NCBI GenBank assembly: GCA_040285855.1
Contig: JAUFOQ010000016.1
Location: 1,984,001 to 2,048,000 of the forward strand
DNA length: 64,000 bases
Source: Eukaryota sp. GEM-RC1
Lineage: Eukaryota
Reading direction: 5' to 3'
Part shown: positions 26,374 to 39,977 of the stretch, piece after piece
How positions within the stretch are numbered: position 1 is the stretch's first letter
How the letters are laid out: each line of letters begins with the position of its first letter
Position numbers and translations under genes: made by a program
Notes under the pieces: model-generated
The model's database searches: none
Told to the model about the DNA's origin: nothing
Seen by the model: the letters and a program-made list of their open reading frames with translations, nothing else

Positions 26374-26750
26374 GGATTTATGTGTGGAGAAAGACACACA
26401 TCAAGAAAACAACAAAGAAATAAACACTATTAAAACAAATTATCAAACGAACTACCTAATTCCGAAAAGTACATGTAGTTGCCTCCAAACAACTTGGACA
26501 AAATGGAATCAACATATCTGTACATAGACCTAAAAATCGAAAAAAGCAAATCCACTCTTCCAGTACGATCTGTTACAAATTCTGAACACAAATTTTCAAA
26601 TAAATTTAAAAACTCCTTGGCAGAAGAACCGAAATTTCCGTACAAAGAAACCGCAAAAGGCTGAAAGACGATATTATATATTATTGTGTTTTTGTGAATT
26701 CAATGCAGCAACTTGATGTCCATACTTAGACACTTTGGCGGTCTCAACGT
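26374..26750 (-). mobile_element. Degenerate RLE retrotransposon 3' fragment (family E)
   Basis: AKCLSM/KY...VFQPFAVSLYGNFGSSAKEFL. Its tail recurs at 28533-28600. Confidence 0.7.
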
Positions 26751-26934
26751 CTGAGATCTGCCTGTTCGGTATTGTTATGATGAAATACCCAATCATTGCT
26801 AATAGCTGAACAATGCAAAGGCTTACGTCACCAAGATGTTAGAAGATTCACAATACATTATGGCAACAGTAACAAATTTATTGTAGAGTCTAGGTGCTGT
26901 TTGCTATAAATAGTACATCATAGTCTACAAATAA

Positions 26935-28382
26935 TTAAGCCAATGAAGCAAATTCAACAAGAAATTCATCAGCAGCATTGCGAATGTTGTAATAGATATC
27001 GTCACCATCAGCTATTTCCTTAACATTCTCCATAACCTTTGCTGTTTTAAAGAGAGCTTTCAAAATAGGAAGTTCTTTTGGAACTGGTTCTCGGACTTCA
27101 ACCAATCGACGGGCAAATATTGACAAAATTTCAATTGAATGTTCTACAGCTCTAATATTGGGCCTGGACAATCCTTTAATAATAGCACCAAACACGCTCT
27201 TTTGAGCCAAGATCATGAGTTGTTCATAAGAACAAAGGTCAACAGTATTTAAGACACACCATCCACTTTCCATGAACAAAGAATGGTCATCGTGGGTAAG
27301 GTATTTAATAATAATTGGAATGAGACCCTTGTTGAAACAAAAGTTTACACATTCTGCAGACTCCGCCAATATATTACTAAAAATCCAGAGAACTTCTTTC
27401 CGCTTTTTTAAAGGACCTGAAGGATCTAGAATTTTAGTAATTAGATCTAAGTCATCCACCATTTCTGTTATAAAAGGACAACAATCTGAGAACACATTGC
27501 CAATAAATCTCAAGGCAGCATTACTTATGATTGCATTGGAATCATGAATTAAAGCTCCAATTGCAAAGGTCAATTCCTTTGTGAGATAATAGGGGTATGA
27601 TTGTTCAAAGACATCTCCAAGATAACAAAAAACCCAAAGTAAAGATTCTACTAAACTGTGGAATCCTCCTTCCATATACTTAGACATCATTGAAAAGATC
27701 TTTTGCACACTTCTACTAGTGGTGCGTAGATGTCCAGATCATCGAACAACTTCCACCTGAAGATATTGGCCATAACCCACGTGGCATTAGAAAGAGGAAT
27801 ACAATCATCTAATTCAATAAAGAGATGAGCAGTAGAAGCAATGGCTTTAATGTAATCATGAGTTAAGAAAAGTTCTGCACACTGTGCATTCTCACCAGCA
27901 ATGTTACCTAATCCCCAGCAACATTGATCTTTGATATTGGTGTGTGTAGTGTTGATCATGCATTTAAAGAGAGCTTCTAAACCTCCAGCATTGATCAAAG
28001 AATGGGTGTGGGCAGAATTTGAAGTACTAGCAAAATTGGTCAAGACCCAGGCAGATTCAAAACACAGCTCTGTATTAGAGGATTCAAGAAGTGAAGTGAG
28101 GAAAGGAATGACCCCCCTGAGATAAGATTAAGAGTAGATTTCATACTGGTTGATACAATAGGCGATGTTGGTTTCCAAGTCAGAATCATTGATAGTTGAT
28201 ACCGTTTGGCGGATTGTTTTGACAGCCGAAAGCACCTGTGATTCAATGGTTGATGATTTTAGGATATATACATGAGTGGAAAGACTATTAGCATCTTGAG
28301 AATGAGACGTGGATTGGATTGTTACACCATTGAGTTCCTCAAGTACTTCATCAAAGTGTGTATCGTCTCCAGCTGCAGCCAT
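26935..28382 (-). CDS. Importin-alpha-like ARM-repeat protein (intron 28117-28146; missing A at ~27703)
   Basis: ARM motifs FESAWVLTNFAS, DQCCWGLGNIAGE, NATWVMANI, ALRFIGN, RKEVLWIFSNI and ESGWCVLN. Confidence 0.85.
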
Positions 28383-28532
28383 GAATGTAGGCGAATTTTA
28401 GTACAACAGTTTTGACACCAGTTAGTTGACTCACTGAGACTATGTTGTCATCATCAATTTTAGAATTAGTCTCACGGAGAATATATATCTGATGAGATCA
28501 ATTAGAAGACTACTTTACTATTAGTTAAAAAC

Positions 28533-28600
28533 GGATTTATGTACGGAGAAAAACCCACAACAAGAAAATAACAAATAAATAAACACTATTAAAACCAAAT
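28533..28600 (-). mobile_element. Solo 3' tail of family E retroelement
   Basis: Matches 26374-26436 (GGATTTATGT..GGAGAAA..CAAGAAAA..AAATAAACACTATTAAAAC). Confidence 0.65.
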
Positions 28601-28927
28601 CCACTATTCATTGCGAAAAACATTGATCATTGGAAATGTTAGTCCCATAAAAACACTCAGAATATTTTCCATTATATTATTCAAAAACAAGGTTCATCTG
28701 AGTGATGTTTAATTGTTGAAAGAGATTCCACTTCTAATTATAGCTGATCACTGTCGGCAATACCACCAGAATTCCCATTGTCTTCGTTGGAGGCAATATC
28801 AACAGAGTCCTCAGGTCGAGCGATGCGGGCTTAAACCAAACCAAAATGCTGCATCGGTTTGTTATGGGGATACATGAGAGTGGTCCATGAAGCTAGGGCA
28901 TCTGAAATAGACAAAAATAGAGAAGTA

Positions 28928-29119
28928 CACTGGTCACAACAATTAGTCTCACTGAAACTAATTCATAACCTAGTTTCAAAACGGTCTATTCATAAATTAG
29001 TCTCACTCAGAATAATTTTTATCTAACGAAATTTGCCTCTAAAATGTCAAAAGGACGCAAAACATAAATTAGTCTCAGTGAGACTAATTTTGAACTGAGA
29101 CTAAATATTGTGATCAGTT
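28928..29119. mobile_element. TA-flanked MITE (Tc1/mariner-like), about 192 bp
   Basis: Imperfect TIR TA-CACTGGTCACAACAATTAGTCTCA / TGAGACTAAATATTGTGATCAGTT-TA, with internal AATTAGTCTCA repeats. Confidence 0.7.
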
Positions 29120-29392
29120 TAGATGGATTAAGAGCGTTTTGTTATATTACAGTCTCACTGGAACAATTTACAGGCATTTTTTGGAATTTGTCTCAATGAG
29201 ACTAAAAAGACAATCCAGTGTAATAAAGTCAACAAAGCATGCTCTAACGTGAAATGTATGAAATTAGACTTAAATCATTTTGATTTCGTTGCATAAAAAC
29301 CGCATTGAGTCTTCCATTTATCAGAATACGCATGTCATATTACTAGTAATATGTTTTTACAAATTCGAAGTCTTATGGGAAAGTTATCCATC

Positions 29393-30235
29393 CAGGGATC
29401 GAAAAAATATATTGCAATATATTTCTAGCATAAAAAATGTACAAAAAATGTGTTGGAAAATGTGATCATTGCAATAAATATATTGGAAACTGAGATGATT
29501 GCAATAAATAATTGCAATATATTGCAATATTTTGGGTAAAATTTGGTTCGTGAAAATGTAAGAAATTGAGACGTCCTGCTGACTGAAAATCAACCACTAC
29601 TAGAACGTCAGCGCTTTTAGTCGGTTACCCTTTCAGATACATGCATAAGAACATTAATTATACTTCTTAACGTACTGTAAATCTTGACACCGCTTCTGAT
29701 CATAATGTACGCTCACACTTCACAACCCATCTTTCTACTTTGCTCTTCTGTTGGTATCAATACTTATTTACTTCAATAGTTCCTATGATGTGATGTACAC
29801 ACGTGTTTGAACTTTTTAGCGATTCGTCACGTACGTATACCACGTTCATTACAGTCCCACCTACTACAAGATAAGACTTCCCGCTTCCTGGTACAGACTC
29901 TGGGCAGGGATCGAAAAAAATAAATTGTATTGCTGGGTGCCACTATGTTTGGAACGTGTCTTTATTGATACCTAAATAAACACATGTACCAGTTTCCACA
30001 AATCTCAATGCTTGAAGTATGTGTTGAGTGATGACAATAGAGATGTAGAAACCAACTGTAGGTCCCCTTTTAACTTTTTTTGGACTTGGAGTGGATATGC
30101 AGTAATAGAAAGTGTTCTTATGAACAAGACTTGTTAGAGTTACTCTGCATAAATCTCGTTGTGACATATTGCAATAAACCCTGTGTTGCAATAAATATAT
30201 TGCGCATCAAAAGACGTGCAATATTAATTGAATAT
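29393..30235. mobile_element. Degenerate hAT-type ends (two CAGGGATCGAAAAAA termini in the same orientation)
   Basis: CAGGGATCGAAAAAA at 29393 and 29905. ATTGCAATA subterminal repeats resemble those of the element at 35269. Confidence 0.55.
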
Positions 30236-30765
30236 TCAGTAAAAGAGCAGATTTTCTAATGATTTTTGCATGGGTGAAACCTACTCCTGCCGAAAGATGT
30301 CCGAAATTTCTGTCCGAAAAAGCCAAACGTTCTGTAAAGAGAAATAGCCGAAGGATGAAACAAACGGATTGTGTCAACGAGAATTCATATTCGTAATTAA
30401 CTCACCATAACGATCTAATTTCTTCTTTTCGTCAGTACATTGATAAATGTACTTTTTAACACAAGATCTCTACAATAGATTAATAGTTGATGAATTCAAT
30501 GACTTTAGATGACTGACCTCACAGTTTTCAAGGTTTAACACTTGTAGTTGTGCTGATAAACAACTGGTAGTATTGCACATTTTCAACACAATTGTACTGT
30601 AGTACAACATTCAGGAATTAAATCAAGTCTTCATTTATAACCATCCAAAGCACTCACTTGGGCGGTTCTATAGTACAACAGAGAGTACTATAGAGAACAA
30701 AAACCTCGATATATCAGCTCAACCTCACCATATTTGTAATCAGGAAAAATGGCGGCAAGAATTGA

Positions 30766-32172
<1,407 letters not shown>

Positions 32173-32423
32173 TAACTTCACTCCATTTGTATTTAATAAA
32201 ACATTGTTTTAATTTTGCTATCAAGTACATGGTACAACATTTGACAGATAATCTCCATTATGGTGCTTCTATTGCCACTAAACTAATAGCGCTATTAGCT
32301 TAATGGCATCACTTGCTCCAAGTTGAACCCTCAAGTCTCAATAGTTATCTTACAGTGGATCAATCAACGTAACTCTATACCAACTACTAGTAGAAAATCC
32401 AACTCTACTTCACACTGCTCTCA

Positions 32424-34941
32424 ATGTTGCCTCTAACATCAGATACTGTGTTATACCACAAACCTCGTGCTTTTCAGGTCAAGTTGTTGCGTGATTCAAT
32501 AGTCGCCTTTATACTTCTAATCACCCTTGCGATTCTTGGGGTTCTTTATACTCTTTTAATTTCAAGCCCAAGACAACTTCAACGGTCTGCCAATGCTTTG
32601 GAAACTGAATTTGATGTTAAGTCTGTCTTAGACTTCGTTCACAAGATTACCAAACACGGACCTCATCCATTTGGTTCTCCCGCGCAACGGGACCACGTTC
32701 TCCCGTACGTTTTCCACGAAGCCATACCGTCTGTTGTCAATCTCGCACGATCTCTCAATTGGGAAGCGGACCAAAATATTTACTGTTCAGATTCCAGTGC
32801 TGTGATTGAAACATCTCAATATGCCTACTACAATGTCTGCAACGGAGTGCTTTCCTTTGCGCCTCCAGGTATCTCCCTCGACTCCCCTGGAATCGTTTTG
32901 TCTGCTCATTTGGACTCAAGTTTTTGGGCTCCTGGTGCTTTTGATAACGCTATTAATGCTGGCATTGCTCTTGAACTTTCTCGTACAATCCTCAAACACT
33001 CTTCCAATCTAGATTCCTTCAAGCATCCCATCCATATCATCCTTGGAGATGCTGAAGAGTTCGGACTCTTTACCTCTCATGTCGCCATCAACACGATACC
33101 TGAGAAACTAGGCGTTGTAATTAACTTGGAAGCTGTTGGCTGGGGAGGGAAGTCAGTATTGTTTAGGTGGACTCCTAAACACCAGTCTTCTCTACTTAAA
33201 CATGTGCGTAAAGCTTCTGATGTTTTGGTGGCTGGAATGGCTACTGATATCTTTGCTTCTGGCATTATTGGATCTATGACTGATTACTATTACTACTCAA
33301 CTGTTTGTCCCGTTTTAGACTTTGCTTTTGTTGAGAAAACTGAACGCTATCATACGTTTCTCGATCGTTATCCTGAAGACAAGCAAGAAGAAGAGGAAAT
33401 GAAGAGGTCTGCTGCTGATACTTTGGTTAACTTGTACCAAATAGTAGAATCAATTGCTTCTGAAGATGACCTCAACTTTGATTCTGGCTCTCGATCGTGG
33501 TTCATTTTGCCTGTACCTGGAATAGGAGTCTTGATATTACCTGCTGTTTTCACTAACACTTTCTTGGTAGTTGGTTCATCTTTCTGGTGTTTCTTGTAAT
33601 CAGAAAAGACTATTCTCTAAAGCGTGATGTCAATAATCCCAATTGGAACTGGTTCTTGGTTGTTGGATTCGTCTTTGGTCAGCTTTTGATTCCAATCATT
33701 TTATGCACTCTCTTTGGGTTTGTCCTATTGGCTGTTAACTCAATGAGTCTTCATGCTTTTCCAGGTGTTGCAACCACAATGTTCTTTTGCTAACTACTTC
33801 TGGACTCTTTTTTGCTCATTTTCTGTTGTTTAAGGGTACTAATGACCGTGTTTTTCTACGTGTTGTAATTTCAAATATCCATTATATTTTGGTGTTCCTA
33901 ATAACTGTAGTGTTTGGTCTATACTCTAATGCTGTTTTCGCCATACTCTTGATTGTTTCTCTTTCTGCTATCATTACTGTCTTCATTGACTCCAACCCAT
34001 CCTTTGACAAGGGAAATGCAAGAGAGAATCTGTGCGGTTGGAAGTTTTGTAGAGTTATTCCTTTCTGTATTGCTACATTTCTTGCAGTGTCTGCCTTCGG
34101 TCCATTATATTTCCTTCTTGGTCAGTTCATGGCTGGTAATATGGCCAGAACTTCCCCTACTTATCCAGCAGATGTTGTTTTTGCTGTTGTTGTTTGTATT
34201 TTGACTTATTTGTTTGTTGGTCCTCTTTTATCTTTCTTCCAATCATTTAGGACTAAGATAGTATCTTTACTTTTCTTTGGAATCGTTGGCTTTACTACAG
34301 CCTTTGTTCTTCTCATCTTTTTGATGTTTGTCAACATTTTCTCAGATTCAACTCCTCTCCGTGTTGATCTCCATCATGAACTCATCACCGCTACCAACGA
34401 GTCCAGAGTTGCCTTTGCCTGGCCTCACCCTGCTTCTATTGATGTTCTAAAGGATGAACTTACAAGCATTGGTTACAAACCCTTTGATTGTAGAACTTAC
34501 ATGCCTTATCTCATGGAAGCTGTGTGCCTGAATGTCGATCCTTTGGATTTAGCACGCCCACGGTATGTATTTGAAAAGGTAGGATTCAATGAAGAAACCA
34601 AGGAGTATAATTATACTCTGACTGTTACTTGTGTTGAACCTGGACGAATTGGACTTCAGTTTCCATCTCATTTAACAATTGTATTTGATGGTCATTTGAT
34701 TGACAACTCTGCTAGAAATAGTGTTACTTTGAATTTTGGTGATGCAGTTGATGAATTCAAATATTCTCTCATTATTGGAAATGTTGAAGCTGATATCGAA
34801 GCTACTGTACTCGAAAGTTCTCATTGGCTTTCTCCTCAATTACACGAGTTGGTGGACAAACTTCACCCTAGAATTCATCCTTGGGGTTCCTATTTACTTG
34901 GAGAGGTGGTAACTGTTAATCAAGTGGTAGTACACATTTGA
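32424..34941 (+). CDS. M28-family membrane metallopeptidase (ERMP1/Pff1-like), two T-run indels
   Basis: SAHLDS, PGAFDN, DAEEFGL, INLEAVG, TDY and YHTFLD motifs, followed by a multi-TM region. Frames join by adding a T at ~33582 and ~33787. Confidence 0.85.
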
Positions 34942-35168
34942 GTGTAAGTAAAGTGATGTGGTGAATCCTACCAGTATTTTCTTGAGTCTAAACTATACCA
35001 CCTTTAGAGTATAAGAGGATTGGATTTTAGAGCCACTTTCAGATCACTTACAGTGACCTGTATCTTACTTTGATTTAGTACAAATAGGAATGTCACAACA
35101 TAGGAGTTTGCAAGTTTTTAAATATTCGAAATGACCTAATACTATTCAATTTACTATATGCTATACAG

Positions 35169-35232
35169 TATTCGGTACCCAGAAAGGTAACCTTCCTACG
35201 AAAATATAAAATTGCAAAAACAAACAAATTGC
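35169..35232 (-). mobile_element. Solo 3' tail of family A retroelement
   Basis: TATTCGGTACCCAGAAAGGTAACCTTCCTACG...AAAAACAAACAAAT matches 6056-6115 and 23675-23735. Confidence 0.8.
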
Positions 35233-35268
35233 ATTTTGTAAATCTAACACAACCTAGGAAATAAGGCA

Positions 35269-36033
35269 CAGGGATGTTAAAAAATATATTTTTATTTTAT
35301 TTATTGCAATAAATATTATTTATTTATTTATTGTCAGCAGCTGGGTCAACAATATATTTATTGTCTCAAATCGCAATATGCAATAATATTGCAATATATT
35401 GCAATATTGTGACAATATATTTTCATGCCAAATTTTTGTGTTTTCATTTGCAAATATCGAACTTTCTTCATTTCAATTCGTACAGTACTGTCTCAATTTT
35501 GTAACCAAGGATACAAACAGTTGATCGTACCATCATGGAACAAAATGACGAAAGCAATTTTAATTGTTCTGTTTTTTCTTGATGACTATCAAACCAAAAC
35601 TTGTTGCTGAACATTACTTTCGGCTATTTGATCCACAACCTGTTCGCCCTACTTCTGCTCGCGGAACTGAACCTTGGGGATGTGTTGAATACAAGAAAAA
35701 GAACAGCGATGTTGTCATCTGGATAGCCGCAAAATCGGGCTATCAAAATCTGTTCTCTCATGTAAAAAGTCACCACAGAGATTATGAACAAGTGATGACT
35801 GAAGTAGGGGTGAATAATCAACAAAGCCGTGGTCAATCTTTGATCATAAACCCGGTTTTTCTACATTATACCGGTACTAAAGTTGCAGCAGATAATATTG
35901 TCAATAAATATATTTATTTATTGTGATGCCCGACAATACCAATATATTTATTGCAAGCCCACACAATATCAATATATTTATTGCAAGACAACACAATAAT
36001 TTATTTATTTAAATATATTTTTTAACATCCCTG
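35269..36033 (+). mobile_element. Non-autonomous hAT element, 765 bp, with BED-finger-like transposase remnant
   Basis: TIR CAGGGATGTTAAAAAATATATT / AATATATTTTTTAACATCCCTG. 8-bp TSD ATAAGGCA at 35261-35268 and 36034-36041. Internal ORF carries C..(..)SGYQNLFSHVKSHH. Confidence 0.93.
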
Positions 36034-36172
36034 ATAAGGCAACATTATTGCAGTCATAGCACAAATATTGTCCAACAAATCCTGAAAACTGTTTGAGGAA
36101 CCTCGTGTTTTCCATTCAAAAATACGTTTTATTAAATTTGTTCCTTCTCCAGTCAGTGGTGCTCACTGTTAT

Positions 36173-38173
36173 TTGACATTTGAAGGCTCAGAGCTGATGT
36201 CACCCTTTATTGACATCACAACTGAATGTATAAACCTTTCCCATTCATTACCTTTTGGCGATATCATACAATCTCCAGACTTTAGCTTCCGCATAGCCAA
36301 TACAGCTGAAATCATTGGCCATCCCACTCTAGATTCTGGTCTCAATCTCTTTATTCACACCCCACAATCTGTTTGGGATAATGTAGTATTTGATCAAGAG
36401 TCACTCCCAAAGCTATATCAACTCTCTTTCTCTCTCTTTTCTTCTTGGCTCAGTGGCAACTCCCCCTCGTCCACTCTATGTCGTTTTAGTGGCTTTTGGT
36501 TACAGCCCACTCTTCCATCTTCCCCGCTATCTAACTACCTTAATTCTCTTCTTGCTTCATTTCTCCAAATTAAATCGTTATTAAGATCTCCAGATTTTCC
36601 CTTCGATGACGATGACTTCATCATTAGAACACCTGCTGATTTCTCTCAACATATTTCATCCTTAACTTCTTCTCTTGATTCAAGTTTCTCATCTGACTCA
36701 ATTGTTGAGAAGTGTTGTTCTATATTGGCCCAAGAATTCCACAATCTAGTTTGTTGTACTAGTTTAGATTCACTCACTCAAATTCTCAACACGATCTCTT
36801 CCACAATCACTCTGATTGAATCAAACTCCCATCAGTTCTCGCTATATGACGTTCCCCTTTCTTTCAACAATGATACTACACTACTGGAATCTCTTGGAGC
36901 AGCAAAGTATATCTCTACATCAAAACTACCACCGGACGTGTTTGTCGACGAGTTTTCTTCATTTAAAGATTCTCTTTTGATAATTAAACAGATTGTGTCT
37001 GAATTATCACTGTTTTTAGAAAATGACTTTACTCCTGGTGGTTGTCTCTATGTTTCTCTCTTTAATATCTGTACTTTCTCTAGGTTTTCTTTTATTTCCC
37101 GGCTGATTCTTCATAATCTGTTTCGAAATTGTCTTTCATTGGACATATCCATGAATGTTCTTTTGAATTGTTTCTTGGGATCTCCGATGCTGCTTCAGAA
37201 TTGTCAGTATATTTCGACTCATTTTTCTTCTCTTTGGACTTCTCTAGCTAAAGTTTCAACTCAAAGCCATGTTAATTGTCTTTTTGAATAGAGGGAAAAC
37301 TTTGATTTCGTTTGTTAATTTGCTGTCTGATTTTCAAGTACTTGGAAGTGTTTCGTCCGCAATGGATAGTAAAATTGAAAATTTAAAATTTTCGGATACG
37401 GTCCATCGTCTTTCAGCTCAAATTCAATCATTAATTTTGACCATTTCCATTTCTGTATCCAGATTGGTCTCTGATTTTGAGCTCATTTTTTCTATTGGTA
37501 TTTGGACTTTGTTTTGGGGATATCCAGATTTCAAACATATTCTATTGAACAATCTATTCTTCAAAATTTTAAAAGTGACATTTCTAACACGGAGTTGCCC
37601 ATCAATGATCAACAACTTCTTTTGAAATGTTTGGATTGTCTTCCTAATTCACATGTTGATTCATTTGTTCAAGATGATGTTAGGTTTTTGGACTTTTTAA
37701 AATTGGGATGTACGGCTATTTTTCGAATTCTTGTGTTGCTTCATTCGCTTAAAATTTTCAAATTTGATCAATTATTTACTAATTTTTCAAACATCTTTGA
37801 CCAACGTTTTTCAATGTTTGAAAACAGCTCATTCACTCCGTTGACTTTTGAAGAATTCCAAGCTTCTGTGGATACTACTGGAGTCACGTTTAATGCCCTT
37901 TTGAACTGGATTTTACAAGGATTGATTGACTGGGAGAACTCTACTAATTGCTTAGTTGATTGTGGTAATGTTACAGTTAGTAAATACTGTTCAAATTTAA
38001 TCAAATGTAAGGTTATTACAGGGAATATCTTAGTTACAAAGATGAATTTGTCGAAGTTGAAGAAGCTCAACCTTCTCAATTGTATGGTTTCATCAGAACT
38101 TTCGATAGACATGACTTGCAAAATTGATTGGAATCATGATCTCTTTCCCATTTTAAAATGTCTTATTCAGTAG
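36173..38173 (+). CDS. NAA35: NatC auxiliary subunit NAA35/Mak10-like (two indels)
   Basis: FIDIT..C..L..GDII....F.......EIIGHPTLDSGL, SWLSGNSPSSTL, ELIFFYWYLD (after frame repair), FDQRFSMF..PLTFEEF and a terminal HDLFPIL. Confidence 0.75.
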
Positions 38174-38562
38174 CTTTTTAGTATTGTTTTAGTGACAGAC
38201 AGTTACAGTCTTTGAAAGTCTTTGTGATTGACTGTCAACTTCTGTATAATTAGTTTGTATCTTTGTCTCAGACCTTGACAATAGTTCTTTTTTTTGGAAT
38301 TATGATATGAGATTTAATGTTGTTCAAAAGTGTTGTATCAATCCAAATACAAAAGGGTATTTTTTGTAATGTTTAAATTTTAAAAGAAATCCAATATCTT
38401 TTTTTTTCTGAGGGATTTATTCATGAAGACATACATTGTTCTAACTACTTTGTCAAGCTAGTTCGACATACAGTAGTGTTGGAACATGTTGATGTAACTC
38501 TGCAGTCTAAGTAACGTTGAGTCATTGATTTCCATTTTCAAAACAACACATGTCCGGAATGC

Positions 38563-39105
38563 TTGGACCTTCTCTGCTCAAAGAATCAGCCTATTTTGTT
38601 ACCATTTCTCCCTCGTAATGGTCCTGATTTGAGTACTTCTCCCCTGACGCTGTCAGCCAATTCCTTTATTGCTGAACTTGCGACCGTTGAAGATGATGCT
38701 AACTTATGGAAATTTGTTCCTATTGACGATACAGAGGATCTATATGCTCTGTTTTGTGTGGATCTCAAGACACCACTTTTCCTTTCGGCTAATTTGAACC
38801 TAACACCAGACATTTCTGACGCACTTCAAGTAAAGGTCACCATCATCCCTTCTTGCAGACTTCTCAAATACACCACCACAGTTCAAATTCACGATGCATT
38901 GTCATCAAAAATATTGGTTTCCAAAGGTGACAACTCTGTTTGTTTAATTGATTCTTCCGCCGCTGATGAAAAGGATGGTGTCCAAGACACCTTTATCTAC
39001 AATAACTCTTGGTGTCTAGTTCCTGATTTGGACATATCTGAAGAAGATGCACTTCCTAATCCTCAAACTAATGTAGGTGAATTTATCACTACCCTGAATA
39101 ACTAA
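38563..39105 (+). CDS. Hypothetical protein (about 180 aa)
   Basis: Open frame of beta-rich composition. Start uncertain. Confidence 0.5.
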   Translation: MDLLCSKNQPILLPFLPRNGPDLSTSPLTLSANSFIAELATVEDDANLWKFVPIDDTEDLYALFCVDLKTPLFLSANLNLTPDISDALQVKVTIIPSCRLLKYTTTVQIHDALSSKILVSKGDNSVCLIDSSAADEKDGVQDTFIYNNSWCLVPDLDISEEDALPNPQTNVGEFITTLNN

Positions 39106-39153
39106 TGTATCATTATAAACCGTTTTTGTACTAGTAAACTTGTATTGCTTTCA

Positions 39154-39672
39154 TTATAGTTCATCATTGATTTGTTCAGGCTCACAATAATCCAAAAGGT
39201 CAACACAAAGTCCTTCGTCAAGAGAAAGCTGATTAAAGACCATGTCAGATATTTCCTCTTCGAAACCATCAGCTACTCTGCTACAAACTCTCTGGAACCC
39301 AGAACTACTGTCACCATCAATGGTGAAAGATCCAGAAATAGATCCCCCACTCAAAGACTTGAAACTCTTCACGCCTTTGGAATTGGTGAAAATACCCATA
39401 GAACCAAGACCGTCACAAAGAGAATCCAATACCTCGGCAACTCCTTCGGCACTTTTCTTGAGGGGAATTTTCTTGGAGACACGTTCTCCTTTAGCGTTGA
39501 TTCTCCATCCAACATGGACATTGCGTTTTGGAAGTTCGTCAAGACCATCATTAATCATCTTAACAACAGTACGACAGGCGGCGCATTTCAGTTCCGGTGT
39601 TAGAGGTTTAGTGGCTTGAACTGATAAGACAATGCAAAGAAGGAAAAAGACAGTTATGGGTAGTCGGAACAT
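39154..39672 (-). CDS. CNPY: Canopy/saposin-B-like ER protein (DUF3456)
   Basis: Signal peptide, KCAACRTVV, VGWRINAKG, six saposin-pattern cysteines and a C-terminal NDEL retention signal. Confidence 0.85.
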   Translation of the reverse strand: MFRLPITVFFLLCIVLSVQATKPLTPELKCAACRTVVKMINDGLDELPKRNVHVGWRINAKGERVSKKIPLKKSAEGVAEVLDSLCDGLGSMGIFTNSKGVKSFKSLSGGSISGSFTIDGDSSSGFQRVCSRVADGFEEEISDMVFNQLSLDEGLCVDLLDYCEPEQINDEL

Positions 39673-39977
39673 GTTGGGAAATTTTGTTGCTCACTATTTG
39701 TGTTTTTGAACAACTGCTTTTATCAGTAAAATAGATAACATCTGGTTGGTTGTCCCTAAAGCAACGTGGATCTCCATAAAGTATTTCTACAACTCTTTCT
39801 TTTATAAAAGAGTTCACGGCTAGCAAAGCAATATTTGAGCCGACTCTGTATCTGAATCGTAGACATGTATGTGGTGTTTACTGTTTTTAAAACAATGCCC
39901 CTTGTCGAAATACTCTTTAAGGAAAAGAAGACATCTTACTATGTAGATTTAAAAATTAGAAAAATCCACATTTTCCC

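Noticed and set aside
28740..28920. GC-richer patch with two hairpins as a possible RNase P/MRP or snRNA
   Set aside because: No conserved-region motifs were recognised. The reverse strand reads like a decayed coding fragment next to transposon remnants.
30746..30757. YY1-like AAAATGGCGGC upstream of alpha-tubulin
   Set aside because: Single occurrence, with no support that the factor exists in this organism.
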